A stretch of 64,000 bases of DNA, from the NCBI GenBank assembly GCA_004764695.1, contig SMSO01000032.1, positions 3,318,483 to 3,382,482 on the forward strand. Reading direction: 5' to 3'. The position numbers were made by a program, and so were the translations under genes. The stretch comes from Schizochytrium sp. TIO01. Its lineage: Eukaryota > Protista > Bigyra: Labyrinthulomycetes. The stretch's first letter is position 1. Every line of letters starts with the position of its first letter. Under the pieces are notes generated by a model. It made no database searches. It was not told where the DNA came from and saw nothing but the letters and a program-made list of their open reading frames with translations. Shown piece after piece: positions 21,601-32,700 of the stretch.

Positions 21601-24123
21601 GAGTTGTTGCATAGGCGAAACGATAGTATTTGAGGAAACAGCACTTATGCGGAACGTTTACTCTGTGCTTAACTGGACACAACGAATACGAATAACCGTG
21701 TATGTTCCATCTGGCTCATGGGACCGCATCTTTGTTACGGTAGGTTTACAATGTATCCACCCACTGTTGAATATAATACAAATGATGAATATTTCTCAGG
21801 CTTCCAGTAACCGATCATGACCCTTTTAAGTAAAAATGCAGTCAGGAGTTATAGTAATATATTCCTGGATGAATGAGCTCAATTATGTGATTCTTACACT
21901 GTCTATGTATATGCAGTGTTCGCATGTGGCGCTATATTAGACAGAGTTGCACGCTGTGATATCCACCACGCATTTACACTTCATTTTCAAGAGTAGAATA
22001 AATACTCTGCCACTTACATAGCTAAAGTACTTTATGGTTGTGGAGAATTAGTTAATGACGCAGCAAAGACGTATTTATCAACCGGTCGAATCTCTTTATT
22101 ATCATACAATCAAGCATGAGAATATCCCCTGTGTCATTAAAATGGCAGAAAGGAGTATGCTCAGTAGTACGAATGCTATCTTAGCAACACTGCTTATTAC
22201 ATTGTCTATAGTTCACTGGCACTTTGTAGACGTGATTATTCTCAGGTCTTAATATTCACGAGTCCCACAAACGGAGTGAATATGTAAAACAATATAACTA
22301 ACATACATAGGGAAATTGAACAGAAACTATTAGAAAGATAGAAGAATGTCTGCAAACATGCGAAAAAAGAGTAACTCCACGTCTAGGTCATGAAGTTCTC
22401 CTGTGCCTCCCGATGTCATGTGGTCTAACATTGGCAAACAACACGTGCATTCCTGTAGCTATTTTTGGTACGTAGAGTGATACTTTATAATTTATACGAT
22501 TTGAACTTAATAGCTAAGTTTGGTTTATATCATGTAAGATCTATCTCACATCCAAGTATACATAAAACTACCTTTTTCTCTAATTTAAGAAAAGAAGTTT
22601 TAGCTTATTCATTATATTAATATTACTGTTAATATTCGTACATGATGAAGCGAAAGCACAACAATGCAAAAACATCTCATCCTAACACGAACTCTATCAC
22701 AGAACGAGCTAGCACACAAAAATAAAAAGAACACCCGCATATGTTTCATTTCTATTGATAGTAATAGGAAGTGTTACAGGAGTTGTAGTTTCTAATCATC
22801 AAACACAACGACAGGGACGGCTTAAAGTAGTACCTCGTCATCGAAGCCTTCGGATGCATCAACGGTATCAATCTCCTCCGCTTTCTCCTCAGGTGATTAC
22901 AGAACTGAGACTTACAGTAGCAGCAGCAGTAGCGATGACTTTACAAGTGAAGTTGCAACATCTGCGGCAACCCCTAAACCTACAGCAGAACTAATGAGAA
23001 GGGAAGCAGATTCAACATTACGGCATGGCTTTGCAAGGATTTAAGGAACACCTGTTTGACACTACTGGCATGGTGGCTGATGATTGACACCATGCCATAA
23101 TGGATGATACTTGACACAGCTGATGTGTGACACCACACGAAATGCACCCATACTAAGAAACGAAGGGAATAAAACAAGCATCGAGAGGATTTTGAAAAGC
23201 AAATCCGACAACAGACCCGAAATACCCCAAGCGACCCGAAGCACTTGAATCAACTCAAACACATTCAATAAGACAAGTGACAACCCTAGTCTCGATACTA
23301 ACCCACTACTACCACCATCTTAGACATATCCTCAAACACCTATAAGCAATCATAACCACGTCTCATTTACAGAATCAGCTCTCCGCTGCAGCCCACACAT
23401 TAAAGAAGCAAACGTGTTTGGTAGATTTAAGCTTCGAGACTATAGATACCTTCGAACTTTGGTCCCTGACATTAGAGATGTCACTCATATATACTCTATG
23501 AGGGAATCACCTGATAATACTATCATTAATGATGTACCTCATGTATTCACAACGAAGAAACATCGTGCAGCAGCGCCCAAACTGTAAAGGCGAGTCGCTT
23601 AGTGATCGACAGTCTAATCATGCTTCCACTATTAGGCTTATTTCGTGGATAAAATGGCCTATGATCAAACTACACATATTCCATCGAAAACAACGGTGAT
23701 TATGGGTTCAGAGGTATATACTAGCAAAAAAGAGCTCATTCGGTCCCAAAACTACTCGCACTTGCGAAGAAGGACAATACTACTTTTTTCTCTAACAAAA
23801 GCCCGGAAAGTTACTTTGCAGTAATTGGTGCAGGCAATAGAGCAGACTTCAGTCGTGAACAGTAGACAACAGTAGAGAGTGAATTTGCATGAAAGTGATA
23901 GATTCAGCATGTAGTAGCACTTAGACCTTCAAAGGAATAGATCATGATTCACCGTGAACGTCAAGTACTTACTATAGTATAAGTATGATATAAGAGGAAG
24001 TTGAATACAAACCCAAGCTATCTATATATTCTGTTGTAAATAAACCCCATGCGGAGACACTAGGAAAAATTCAAACATACCATTGACCTTCATTAATTTT
24101 TTATTAGCCAAATCTTTTCTTAT

Positions 24124-25902
24124 CTACGCTTGGAGACCGCAGATGGCGCCAATGATAGTATCTGCGGTATCAAAGATATCGTTCACGTTGGTGTTGATCA
24201 GTACATCTTCCTCGCCGTTAAATAGTTTGACTTGGGGCCTTTTTCCCATTCGCACGTAGACAAAGAAGATATCATCCTCAGTATTAAAAACCCCGTCTTC
24301 GCCGCGCATAAGGTCAAAACCAGCCTGCTTTGCACAGGTCTTCACATTGCTGGAATAACCGTTTTCTTTGCAGCTTACGTTATTGTTAGGTTTACCTTCG
24401 GCCACAAGGATAACAACTCGCTTGTTAATGCCTTCTCGGATACCTGTCTCATCGAGTAACTTCTTGGCACTAATCAGTCCGGCTCCGACCGATGTGCCCT
24501 TGTTTGTATTTTGCAACTTGCTTGCTGCGAGCTGGAATGCATTTTCATCGGTAGCTCTCTCATCATTGAAGTCCCATTCTACGCTTGCACCGGATGCGAA
24601 TAATACCACGGCAAAACGAGAATCAGTACCGTCTGTGCCAAGTGTGAAGGCACTTCCGAGCTGACGTGTATATTCTTTCATCTTGTTCCACTCTTTGCCA
24701 TCTACAGAACCAGAAGCATCAAGGACAAAAACCACATCATTGGGAATCGTTGCACCGCATGTTGTGACCGAGGGGATTGGGGCTAGTGTAGGAGCAGAAG
24801 TCGGCGTCCCAACAATATCAATGCACTTCTCTGCAGTGCCAGTGAAAAAAAATGCGCTCTTCGATGATATCATTTCACCCTCAGTTTTCAGCAGAGAACA
24901 TACGTTCTTGTTTGAATTGAATGTCCATGCCTTACACCCAGTACGCGACAAGCAATTATCTGCGCAATCTGCCGCGGTAGACACGCTTTGAATCTTCCCC
25001 ATTTCTTCTCCGGTATACGCTGCGAACTGAATCTCACATTCCGCACTGCGGGGACATTCAAGCGGGCCAGATGTGTAGCCCGACTGACCAGTCTTCATCT
25101 TATATGCCTTTGCCTTGAGCTTGCATGTTCCATTGTCATCGAAGGTGAAGCCCTTGCAGGCACCGGCGTATGCAGAACATTGAGCATAACATTCATCAAC
25201 GCTGCCCATACCGGAAAATGTTTTAATTGTGTTTCCTTTGTAGTACTGTTGACCTTCCTGATAGCAAGTTGTCTTTGTGCCTACAGACTCACTAGGAGAC
25301 GGAGTCGGGGCCCCAGTATCAGACAGGTTTTTCCACTGAATGTTATCAATGGAAGCAAAGGCAGGTGGATACGGGGTCTCTGCTCCGCCAACGTAAACCG
25401 GCATAGACTCATTTACGTACAAAAGGTAGTTGTTTGGCTCTGTTGTGTAGTCAATCGTGCAACCAAGGCTAATATCTCCATTGATTGCAATTGTCGCCTT
25501 GACCTCGTTACGCACTTCAATATCGATATTGTATGTCTGTCCAAGTTCCAGCACCAAAGACGTGTTGCAACCGGAGTTCGAATAGAAATCGGTCGAGGTT
25601 CGAAAGCGAAGCTGAGCTGTCCCATCATCTACGAAGATACCTGGTTGGCGAACATAGTTTCCATTCTTCCTAGCACCACCTCGCTGAAGGATACTTTGCG
25701 GGGCAGCCGCGTACGTATCATAGATCGTCAAGTCAAAGTTCAATCCATAGTTGGACATAAGGGTGAGCCCTTCGTCAACTATTTCTCGAATGAGAGATGG
25801 CGTCACGGTAGGTGCTGGGGTTGAGACGGCATCCTCCGCGGTTGCTTGACAGCCAAGTGCTGCAAAGATAGCAAGAATGGCTGGCCATCTGAACGACGTC
25901 AT
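24124..25902 (-). CDS. Paralogue C: signal peptide, ConA/LamG-like head, minimal linker, PAN, PAN, VWA (MIDAS TDG changed to AEG)
   Basis: Close paralogue of B with the same MTSFRWPAILA start. Linker is only DTGAPTPSPSES. VWA DVVFVLDASGS, KGTSVG, LVAEG. Confidence 0.9.
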   Translation of the reverse strand: MTSFRWPAILAIFAALGCQATAEDAVSTPAPTVTPSLIREIVDEGLTLMSNYGLNFDLTIYDTYAAAPQSILQRGGARKNGNYVRQPGIFVDDGTAQLRFRTSTDFYSNSGCNTSLVLELGQTYNIDIEVRNEVKATIAINGDISLGCTIDYTTEPNNYLLYVNESMPVYVGGAETPYPPAFASIDNIQWKNLSDTGAPTPSPSESVGTKTTCYQEGQQYYKGNTIKTFSGMGSVDECYAQCSAYAGACKGFTFDDNGTCKLKAKAYKMKTGQSGYTSGPLECPRSAECEIQFAAYTGEEMGKIQSVSTAADCADNCLSRTGCKAWTFNSNKNVCSLLKTEGEMISSKSAFFFTGTAEKCIDIVGTPTSAPTLAPIPSVTTCGATIPNDVVFVLDASGSVDGKEWNKMKEYTRQLGSAFTLGTDGTDSRFAVVLFASGASVEWDFNDERATDENAFQLAASKLQNTNKGTSVGAGLISAKKLLDETGIREGINKRVVILVAEGKPNNNVSCKENGYSSNVKTCAKQAGFDLMRGEDGVFNTEDDIFFVYVRMGKRPQVKLFNGEEDVLINTNVNDIFDTADTIIGAICGLQA

Positions 25903-28900
25903 TGTCGAGGTGCCTTATCTAAGCCAAACTGAAGTGGATACTCGTTGCAGTTCTGCGATTCAATGAGGATGCTAAAAATTTCTAGTGCGCTCTTCATCTA
26001 TTCTGGTTTTGGTTTTGCATATGCTTTGAAGTTGCTTTTAAGCAAAGCTCTTCTCGTTGCCCCACTCTTACAATTTAAAAAACAAAAACAAAACAAAAAC
26101 CATCAACTAATTTGTTCCTGTCTTCTTTTTTCTTTCTCAGGTTCTCTTATGACGTCCCTCCACTACATAACTACTTACTTAGGTGGGACTTGAAAGAAAA
26201 AAGAATGAATATTATCATGGCGAGACTATGGAAGAAGTTTTACTAATAATGAGCGCGCGCTGGCCATAAGAAAGTCATTAGTAAGCATTGATCTAAGCTT
26301 GTAGTTGTTCTTACCTTGCTCTGTTTGTTGATGGCTCGCGTACCGATTTGGTTTGCGGACTTGGGGTCCCGTGCCACTTAGTGTCAAGGGAAGATTTTTT
26401 CCCCCGGAAATCTCTTATCAACCAGCTTCTAACATGTAAGTCACCCTTTAAGACTCAACCTATGAAAAACGGTATGACTATGCACTTAAAAAAAGACAAA
26501 GAAAAAAGCCATTAAAGAGAAGAAGTCTAATCTCAATGGTGACACGAAACTATTCTTCGTTTTTTATGGAAAGCGCCCTGCCTTTACCGCGAACTAAAGC
26601 GTTCCCGGTTTTTTGAGCTCAAGCTCAAGCGCAATGTTTCGTAAAGTGTAGATGCAGCAACACAGCACTGGCTGCAGTACACGTCCCTTCAGCCTTAAAT
26701 TTATGGCGTAATCTTCAAATTACTGCTGTACCTACTACCTACTTACGTGGTTCATATTCTTGATTATTGAGGGACGTGCGAGCGTGCTTGGCACTTTATA
26801 TCCCACGTTTCTGGTTGGTGAGTGGGCCTGCTCGTGTCTATTATATTTGACTGTAGTGTGAATATCGGATCAACGCATTTATGGAGTAACCATGATAGAA
26901 ATAGGCTAGCTAAACAAAGTAATAAATAACACATTGGCTGATTCTTATTCTGCAGTTTCTGTATCTTAAGCTTTCCGCAACGAATCAGCCATTCACCTCC
27001 AGATACCTAAGCCAATCGCATTGGTGTATCCCCCTACTTCTAAGGGCTTCGAGCTGAAGTGTATACTTTCTGATACACAAAGCGCATGCGAATTCTGCCA
27101 TGCAGGATTGGTTGGTCTAAGTATGTGTTTACGGTTCCACTAAAGACTAAATATTACCTCCTCCTACTTAATATTCAATACTGCTCTTGTTGTGATGATA
27201 CCAATGTTAATGTTGAAGATTAGTAGGTACCATGGAAGAATAAATGCGATTAGGTGCCGAACTATCTTCTGCGTACCCCTACACCATCAGGCTGGAACCT
27301 CCCTCACAGACAGGATAGATCAGTTTTAGTTATTGTGTGCTTAGCTAACGAGAGCCAAGTGCTTCCAGTTATGAAACCCAATGCACTCTTCTATTCATAA
27401 ACCAATCAAACCTGCCACTATCTCCCAAATCTTCACACTTTAGGACGCCACATTTTATTTTTTTCGGTCAAGCCTTTCTCTTTTCTTTTTTTTTAGTACC
27501 TCTTGTTCTCTTTGAGTTTGTTGTACTCAACACATTATCCACGGTATTAGAGCATGTGTGGTTGTTGTCTTGGTCTCGACTACGTATCCTCAAGAAAAGG
27601 AAAAGTAGGATACATCCGCACATATGATGCGTCTAGTTGCAGCCCCCCTCCCAGCAGGATAGTGAAGGACATAAAGAGTTTTTTTGATTTTTTTTATTTT
27701 TTTTAAATAAAGAATTAAAATATAAAAGAGAGGTAAAAAAGGCATGACAGAAGTCATTTTAATTCTAAAGATTTGAAGTCAATATACAATTTAGGGATTT
27801 CAAGTTGTCGGGAAAATATATATATCTGTCTTTTTGTACCTCCTCTAAACGATAGCTTTCGGTGACTATATTCGAACATGAATCGTTTTGAACTGAGAAA
27901 GTATACAAACTCCTAAATATTGTTATAGTAAGTGTACTCTCTGCTTAGAACTTTGGAATGTTCCATGAGCTTGATAGAACGCGTTGATCACAAACATCCT
28001 TCATGTGTGTTGCTTCTGTCGTCACTCAAAAGTAGATTAATAGATACGCGCCCTAACTCATTTTTGTTTGGTTCTTACTTCTGATACGATATGAGGATTC
28101 TCTTTCTGCAAGGTAAAAGAAATAAAAAAGTGTTTTAAACAATGGAGTAACATTTTATGTATTATTTTTCCAACAATAAGCAACGAGAGTTTTTTTAACC
28201 CTCAACGCCTTAGGTGACTTAGTTTACGTTTAATACATCTTCATGTCGGTAGCTTCTTTTTTATTTGGAGGTTTGTGCTGCATGTCATCTTCCGAAGTGT
28301 ACAAAGCTATTTACTCATACTCTGTCCATCCTACATTGGGATTAATTTAAAAATAAACTTGTACCTTCATAGGTATATATATCTATGACAACAATTCTAC
28401 TTTATTCGAATCTCTATCATACCTTTGCTGGCAAAATAAGACAAGTAGCTTCAGAAGTGAATAGCAAGAGCCAGGAATATCAAATATTTTTACTTTCTGA
28501 CGTTGAGCTATGCTAGAAAGGTAAATTAGAGAGCTGGAAAGTCAACTTGTAGATTAGCATTATTTTATCCAAAGTTTTAAGAAAGTGTTCATCGAGGTTC
28601 AGAACTTTGCAAGTAAAACCTACTTGTTTCTGGTTGGCCGAGCTCACAATTTATCAATCCTGGTAGCATTGAACATCTCGGCCACAAAGTGTATGTTTCG
28701 AAAAGGGGTACGCAGAAGGTTTTTCGGCGTGAATCTCGCTTATTTTACGATGGTACTTCGGCATCAGCGTGATCACCGTCACCACCGTAGAGGGATACAG
28801 TCTATTTCTTATATTGAGCGTAAGAATAATCGCAGTGCTCACATGCTCAAGCTTAGGTTTATCTCAACGCGTACAGATCTATGCTTACCTATAATCTGTG

Positions 28901-29724
28901 CAACCGAATTTCTAGAGCATCGCACGCCGCCAAGTTACATGAAATAACTACGAGATTGGACGTCACGAGTTGCTTTATGTTATGTCCTTCTCGATTTTAA
29001 GGACCTCCTAAACCATTTCGTAGATCATTAGGACTCTCTATGAGCTTAATGATCATCTATGAGGGTGTATGGCAAGTCCTGAAACGGCAGATGTTGAATC
29101 AAGACGTTTGTTTCCAATCATGACAAGGCTGGTTTCCAGTGAATTATGCTGAGCATGCTTCTCAGATTTCCTACTATCACCTAAGTTGGTTCATCCATAC
29201 GGAGAGTTCCTATCCATCTTGGCCGTCCTGGACTTCAAGTCTCCAGCTTAGGAGCTCCCTTTTGGAGTCTCTATTCCGGACTCCAAGTCAACGATTTGCC
29301 ATCTCTCTTGTCCTTGGGGACGTTCTTGAACACGTCCTTGGGATCCTTAGCTGCCGTCCTCTTCTCTTCTTCTACCTCTCTACTCATGGATTGGTTGCTA
29401 GATTGTCGAATATGAGACCTGAAGCTCATTTTATCCGATGGGCTAAATTTTTGAAATTAATTGTTTATGCAGTGGAGATAGTATAGACAGCACGAGTAAG
29501 GCGTGTGGAGTTTTTTTAAATTTCTTCCTTTTTTTTGGCGGGGGGGATAGGGTAGTCTTAGAAAACGGAGAGAAGGTTTTATAGATATCATTTTAAAAAT
29601 GAATTTGCTCAAGTCAAATCTACTACGTATGTTATGCAGTATCACAGAAACTAAATTGTTTTATTTTTCTCCTTTACAATCTTATATCTATCAAGATTTC
29701 TGAATGTCAGATTCTGGCTAGATT

Positions 29725-32700
29725 TTAGACTTCAAGGTCGCAAACAGCAATTATTATTTCATCAGCAATGGCTTGTAGTCCGTCTGGGTTAGCACCCACT
29801 GCAAAGTCTTCAACATAGCCAAAGACATCGGTGCTGACTTTATCACCAACACGTACATACACCAGATATACATCATCGTCAGTTCCAGATATACCATCAG
29901 GGCCTTTTCGTAAAACGTCTGCTGCACTTTGGCTGCATCCCAAAGCATCCTTCGAAAATCCAGCTGCTGTACAACCACTCCGCCGATTTGGGTTACCATC
30001 CGTCATGATAATGACTACTCGACGATCCAAGTTTTCCCGCACAGGTGTAGACCAAAATAATTCTTGGGCAGCAATTAGTGCTGGGCCTGTACCAGTGCCT
30101 TTACTTGAAGCAATGAGTTCATCGACATTGTTTTGGAAGATATCTTGACTAGTCGCTGAAGGGTCTGTAAAATTCCACCAAACCCTCGCATATGAAGAAT
30201 ACTCAATCATAGCTAGACGCGAGTCGCCATCCCCGGTACCAACTTGAAACGCACGTCCAAGCTGACGAACAAACAATTTCAACTTGACCCATTCTACAGC
30301 ATCTATTGACCCGGAACTGTCAAGAATAAATGCAACATCATTTACCTTTGGTCCACAGGAAATTACCGGTGCTGGGGTAGCAATAGTTGGTACTTGAGTG
30401 GGCGTTGGAGTTGTTAAAACTGTTTCTTCGCAGGAAGCAAGGTTTGGACCCGAAAAGTACTGCGCATTTTGCGACCTCAGCTTTCCATTAAAGTTTTTGC
30501 GAAGATAACACCACTTTTTGTCACGTCTGTAAGTCCAAACTTCACAAGTAGCTTCATCATAACAGCTTTTCGCACATTTGGATATTGTGTCAATATTTTG
30601 CAAACGCGTTAGTAATTTGCCAGTCGCTTTTGCAAACTGTGCAAGGCAATCCGTATTTTCAATGCAATTTGCAGAACCAGAGTAGTAGCGACGATCACTT
30701 GTCACTCTTTTGAAGCTTCCTGACTTTAACCAGCACAGCTGACTCGTCTTCCAGGTAAATCCTTGACATTCACTATTTTGGTGACATAGGAGCTGACAGT
30801 TTTCTGCAGTCTTCACTTTTTTATACCTTGCGAGTGTATTCCCACGAACATACTTCACATTCGTCGAAAAGCATACAGTTGTTGGGGTAGCTGTAGGTGA
30901 TTCAGTTAGCAAGTAGGAAGGCATGTCCGTTGGCAACATTGTTGGAGTGATGGAAGGAGCATTTGTCAGTTCTTGCGATGGGGTTGGTGTTGTGGAACCA
31001 GGTAGAGCATCTCGAGATGTCGTTGGCACCGTTGTGGGGGAGTTTGTAACCTTCAACGTAGGTCCAATGCTAGGAACACTAGTAGGCTCCAAAGTAGTGC
31101 TGCTGGAAGGTGTTAAAGTTGAGTTTCGAAGTGGCACTTGTACTGGTGCTTCTGTTGGTGCTTCAGTGGGAATTTGTGTTGGTGTATCTGTTGGACTTGA
31201 AGTTGGGTTCAAAGTCGGATTTGAAGTCGGATTTGAAGTTGGGCTCTGAGATGGTGCATCTGTTGGAGTTTCAGTGGGAATCAAAGTCGGATTTGAAGTC
31301 GGGTTCAAAGTCGGATTTGAAGTCGGGTTCAAAGTCAGATTTGAAGTCGGATTTGAAGTCGGATTTGAAGTTGGGCTCTGAGATGGTGCATCTGTTGGAG
31401 CTTCAGTGGGGTTCAAAGTCGGATTTGAAGTTGGGTTCAAAGTCGGATTCGAAGTCGGGTTCAAAGTTGGATTTGAAGTCGGATCTGAAGTCGGATTCGA
31501 AGTTGGGTTCAAAGTAGGGCTCTGAGATGGGGCATCAGTTGGAGTTTCTGTCGGGTTCAATGTTGGGTTCAAAGTTGGACTTGAAGTCGGATTCAAAGTC
31601 GGATTCAAAGTCGGATTCGAAGTTGGACTCGAAGTCGGATTTGAAGTTGGGCTCTGAGATGGGGCACCTGTTGGGGCTTCAGTGGGAATCAATGTCGGGC
31701 TCAAAGTCGGGCTCAAAGTCGGGTTCAAAGTTGGACTTGAAGTTGGGTTCAATGTTGGGTTCAAAGTTGGACTTGAAGTAGGGCTCTGAGATGGGATATC
31801 TGTTGGAGCTTCTGTCGGGTTCAAAGTTGGATTCAAAGTTGGGTTCAAAGTTGGACTTGAAGTCGTATCTGAAGTCGGATTCAAAGTTGGACTCGAAGTC
31901 GGATTTGAAGTTGGGCTCTGAGATGGGGCACCTGTTGGGGCTTCAGTGGGAATCAATGTCGGGCTCAAAGTCGGGCTCAAAGTTGGGCTCAAAGTTGGGC
32001 TCAAAGTTGGACTTGAAGTTGGGTTCAAAGTCGGATTTGAAGTAGGGCTCTGAGATGGGACATCTGTTGGAGCTTCAGTCGGGTTCAATGTTGGGTTCAA
32101 AGTTGGACTTGAAGTTGGGCTCTGAGATGGGACATCTGTTGGAGCTTCTGTCGGGTTCAAAGTTGGATTCAAAGTTGGGTTCAAAGTTGGACTTGAAGTC
32201 GGATTTGAAGTCGGATTTGAAGTCGGATTTGAAGTCGGATTTGAAGTCGGATTTGAAGTCGGATTTGAAGTCGGATTTAAAGTCGGATTCGAAGTCGGAT
32301 TTGAAGTCGGATTTGAAGTCGGATTTGAAGTCGGATTTGAAGTCGGATTTGAAGTCGGATTTGAAGTCGGAGTTAAAGTCGGAGTTGAAGTCGGATTTGA
32401 AGTTGGGTTCAAAGTAGGGCTCTGAGATGGGGCATCAGTTGGAGTTTCTGTCGGGTTCAATGTTGGGTTCAAAGTTGGACTTGAAGTTGGATTCAAAGTC
32501 GGATTTGAAGTCGGATTTGAAGTTGGGCTCTGAGATGGGGCACCTGTTGGGGCTTCAGTGGGAATCAATGTCGGGCTCAAAGTCGGGTTCAAAGTCGGGT
32601 TCAAAGTCGGGTTCAAAGTCGGGTTCAAAGTCGGATTTGAAGTCGGATTTGAAGTCGGATTTGAAGTCGGATTTGAAGTCGGATTTGAAGTCGGAGTTAA

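Noticed and set aside
22640-23860. Possible helicase remnant (ILLFSLTKARK resembling motif VI)
   Set aside because: One weak motif with no other helicase motifs recoverable.
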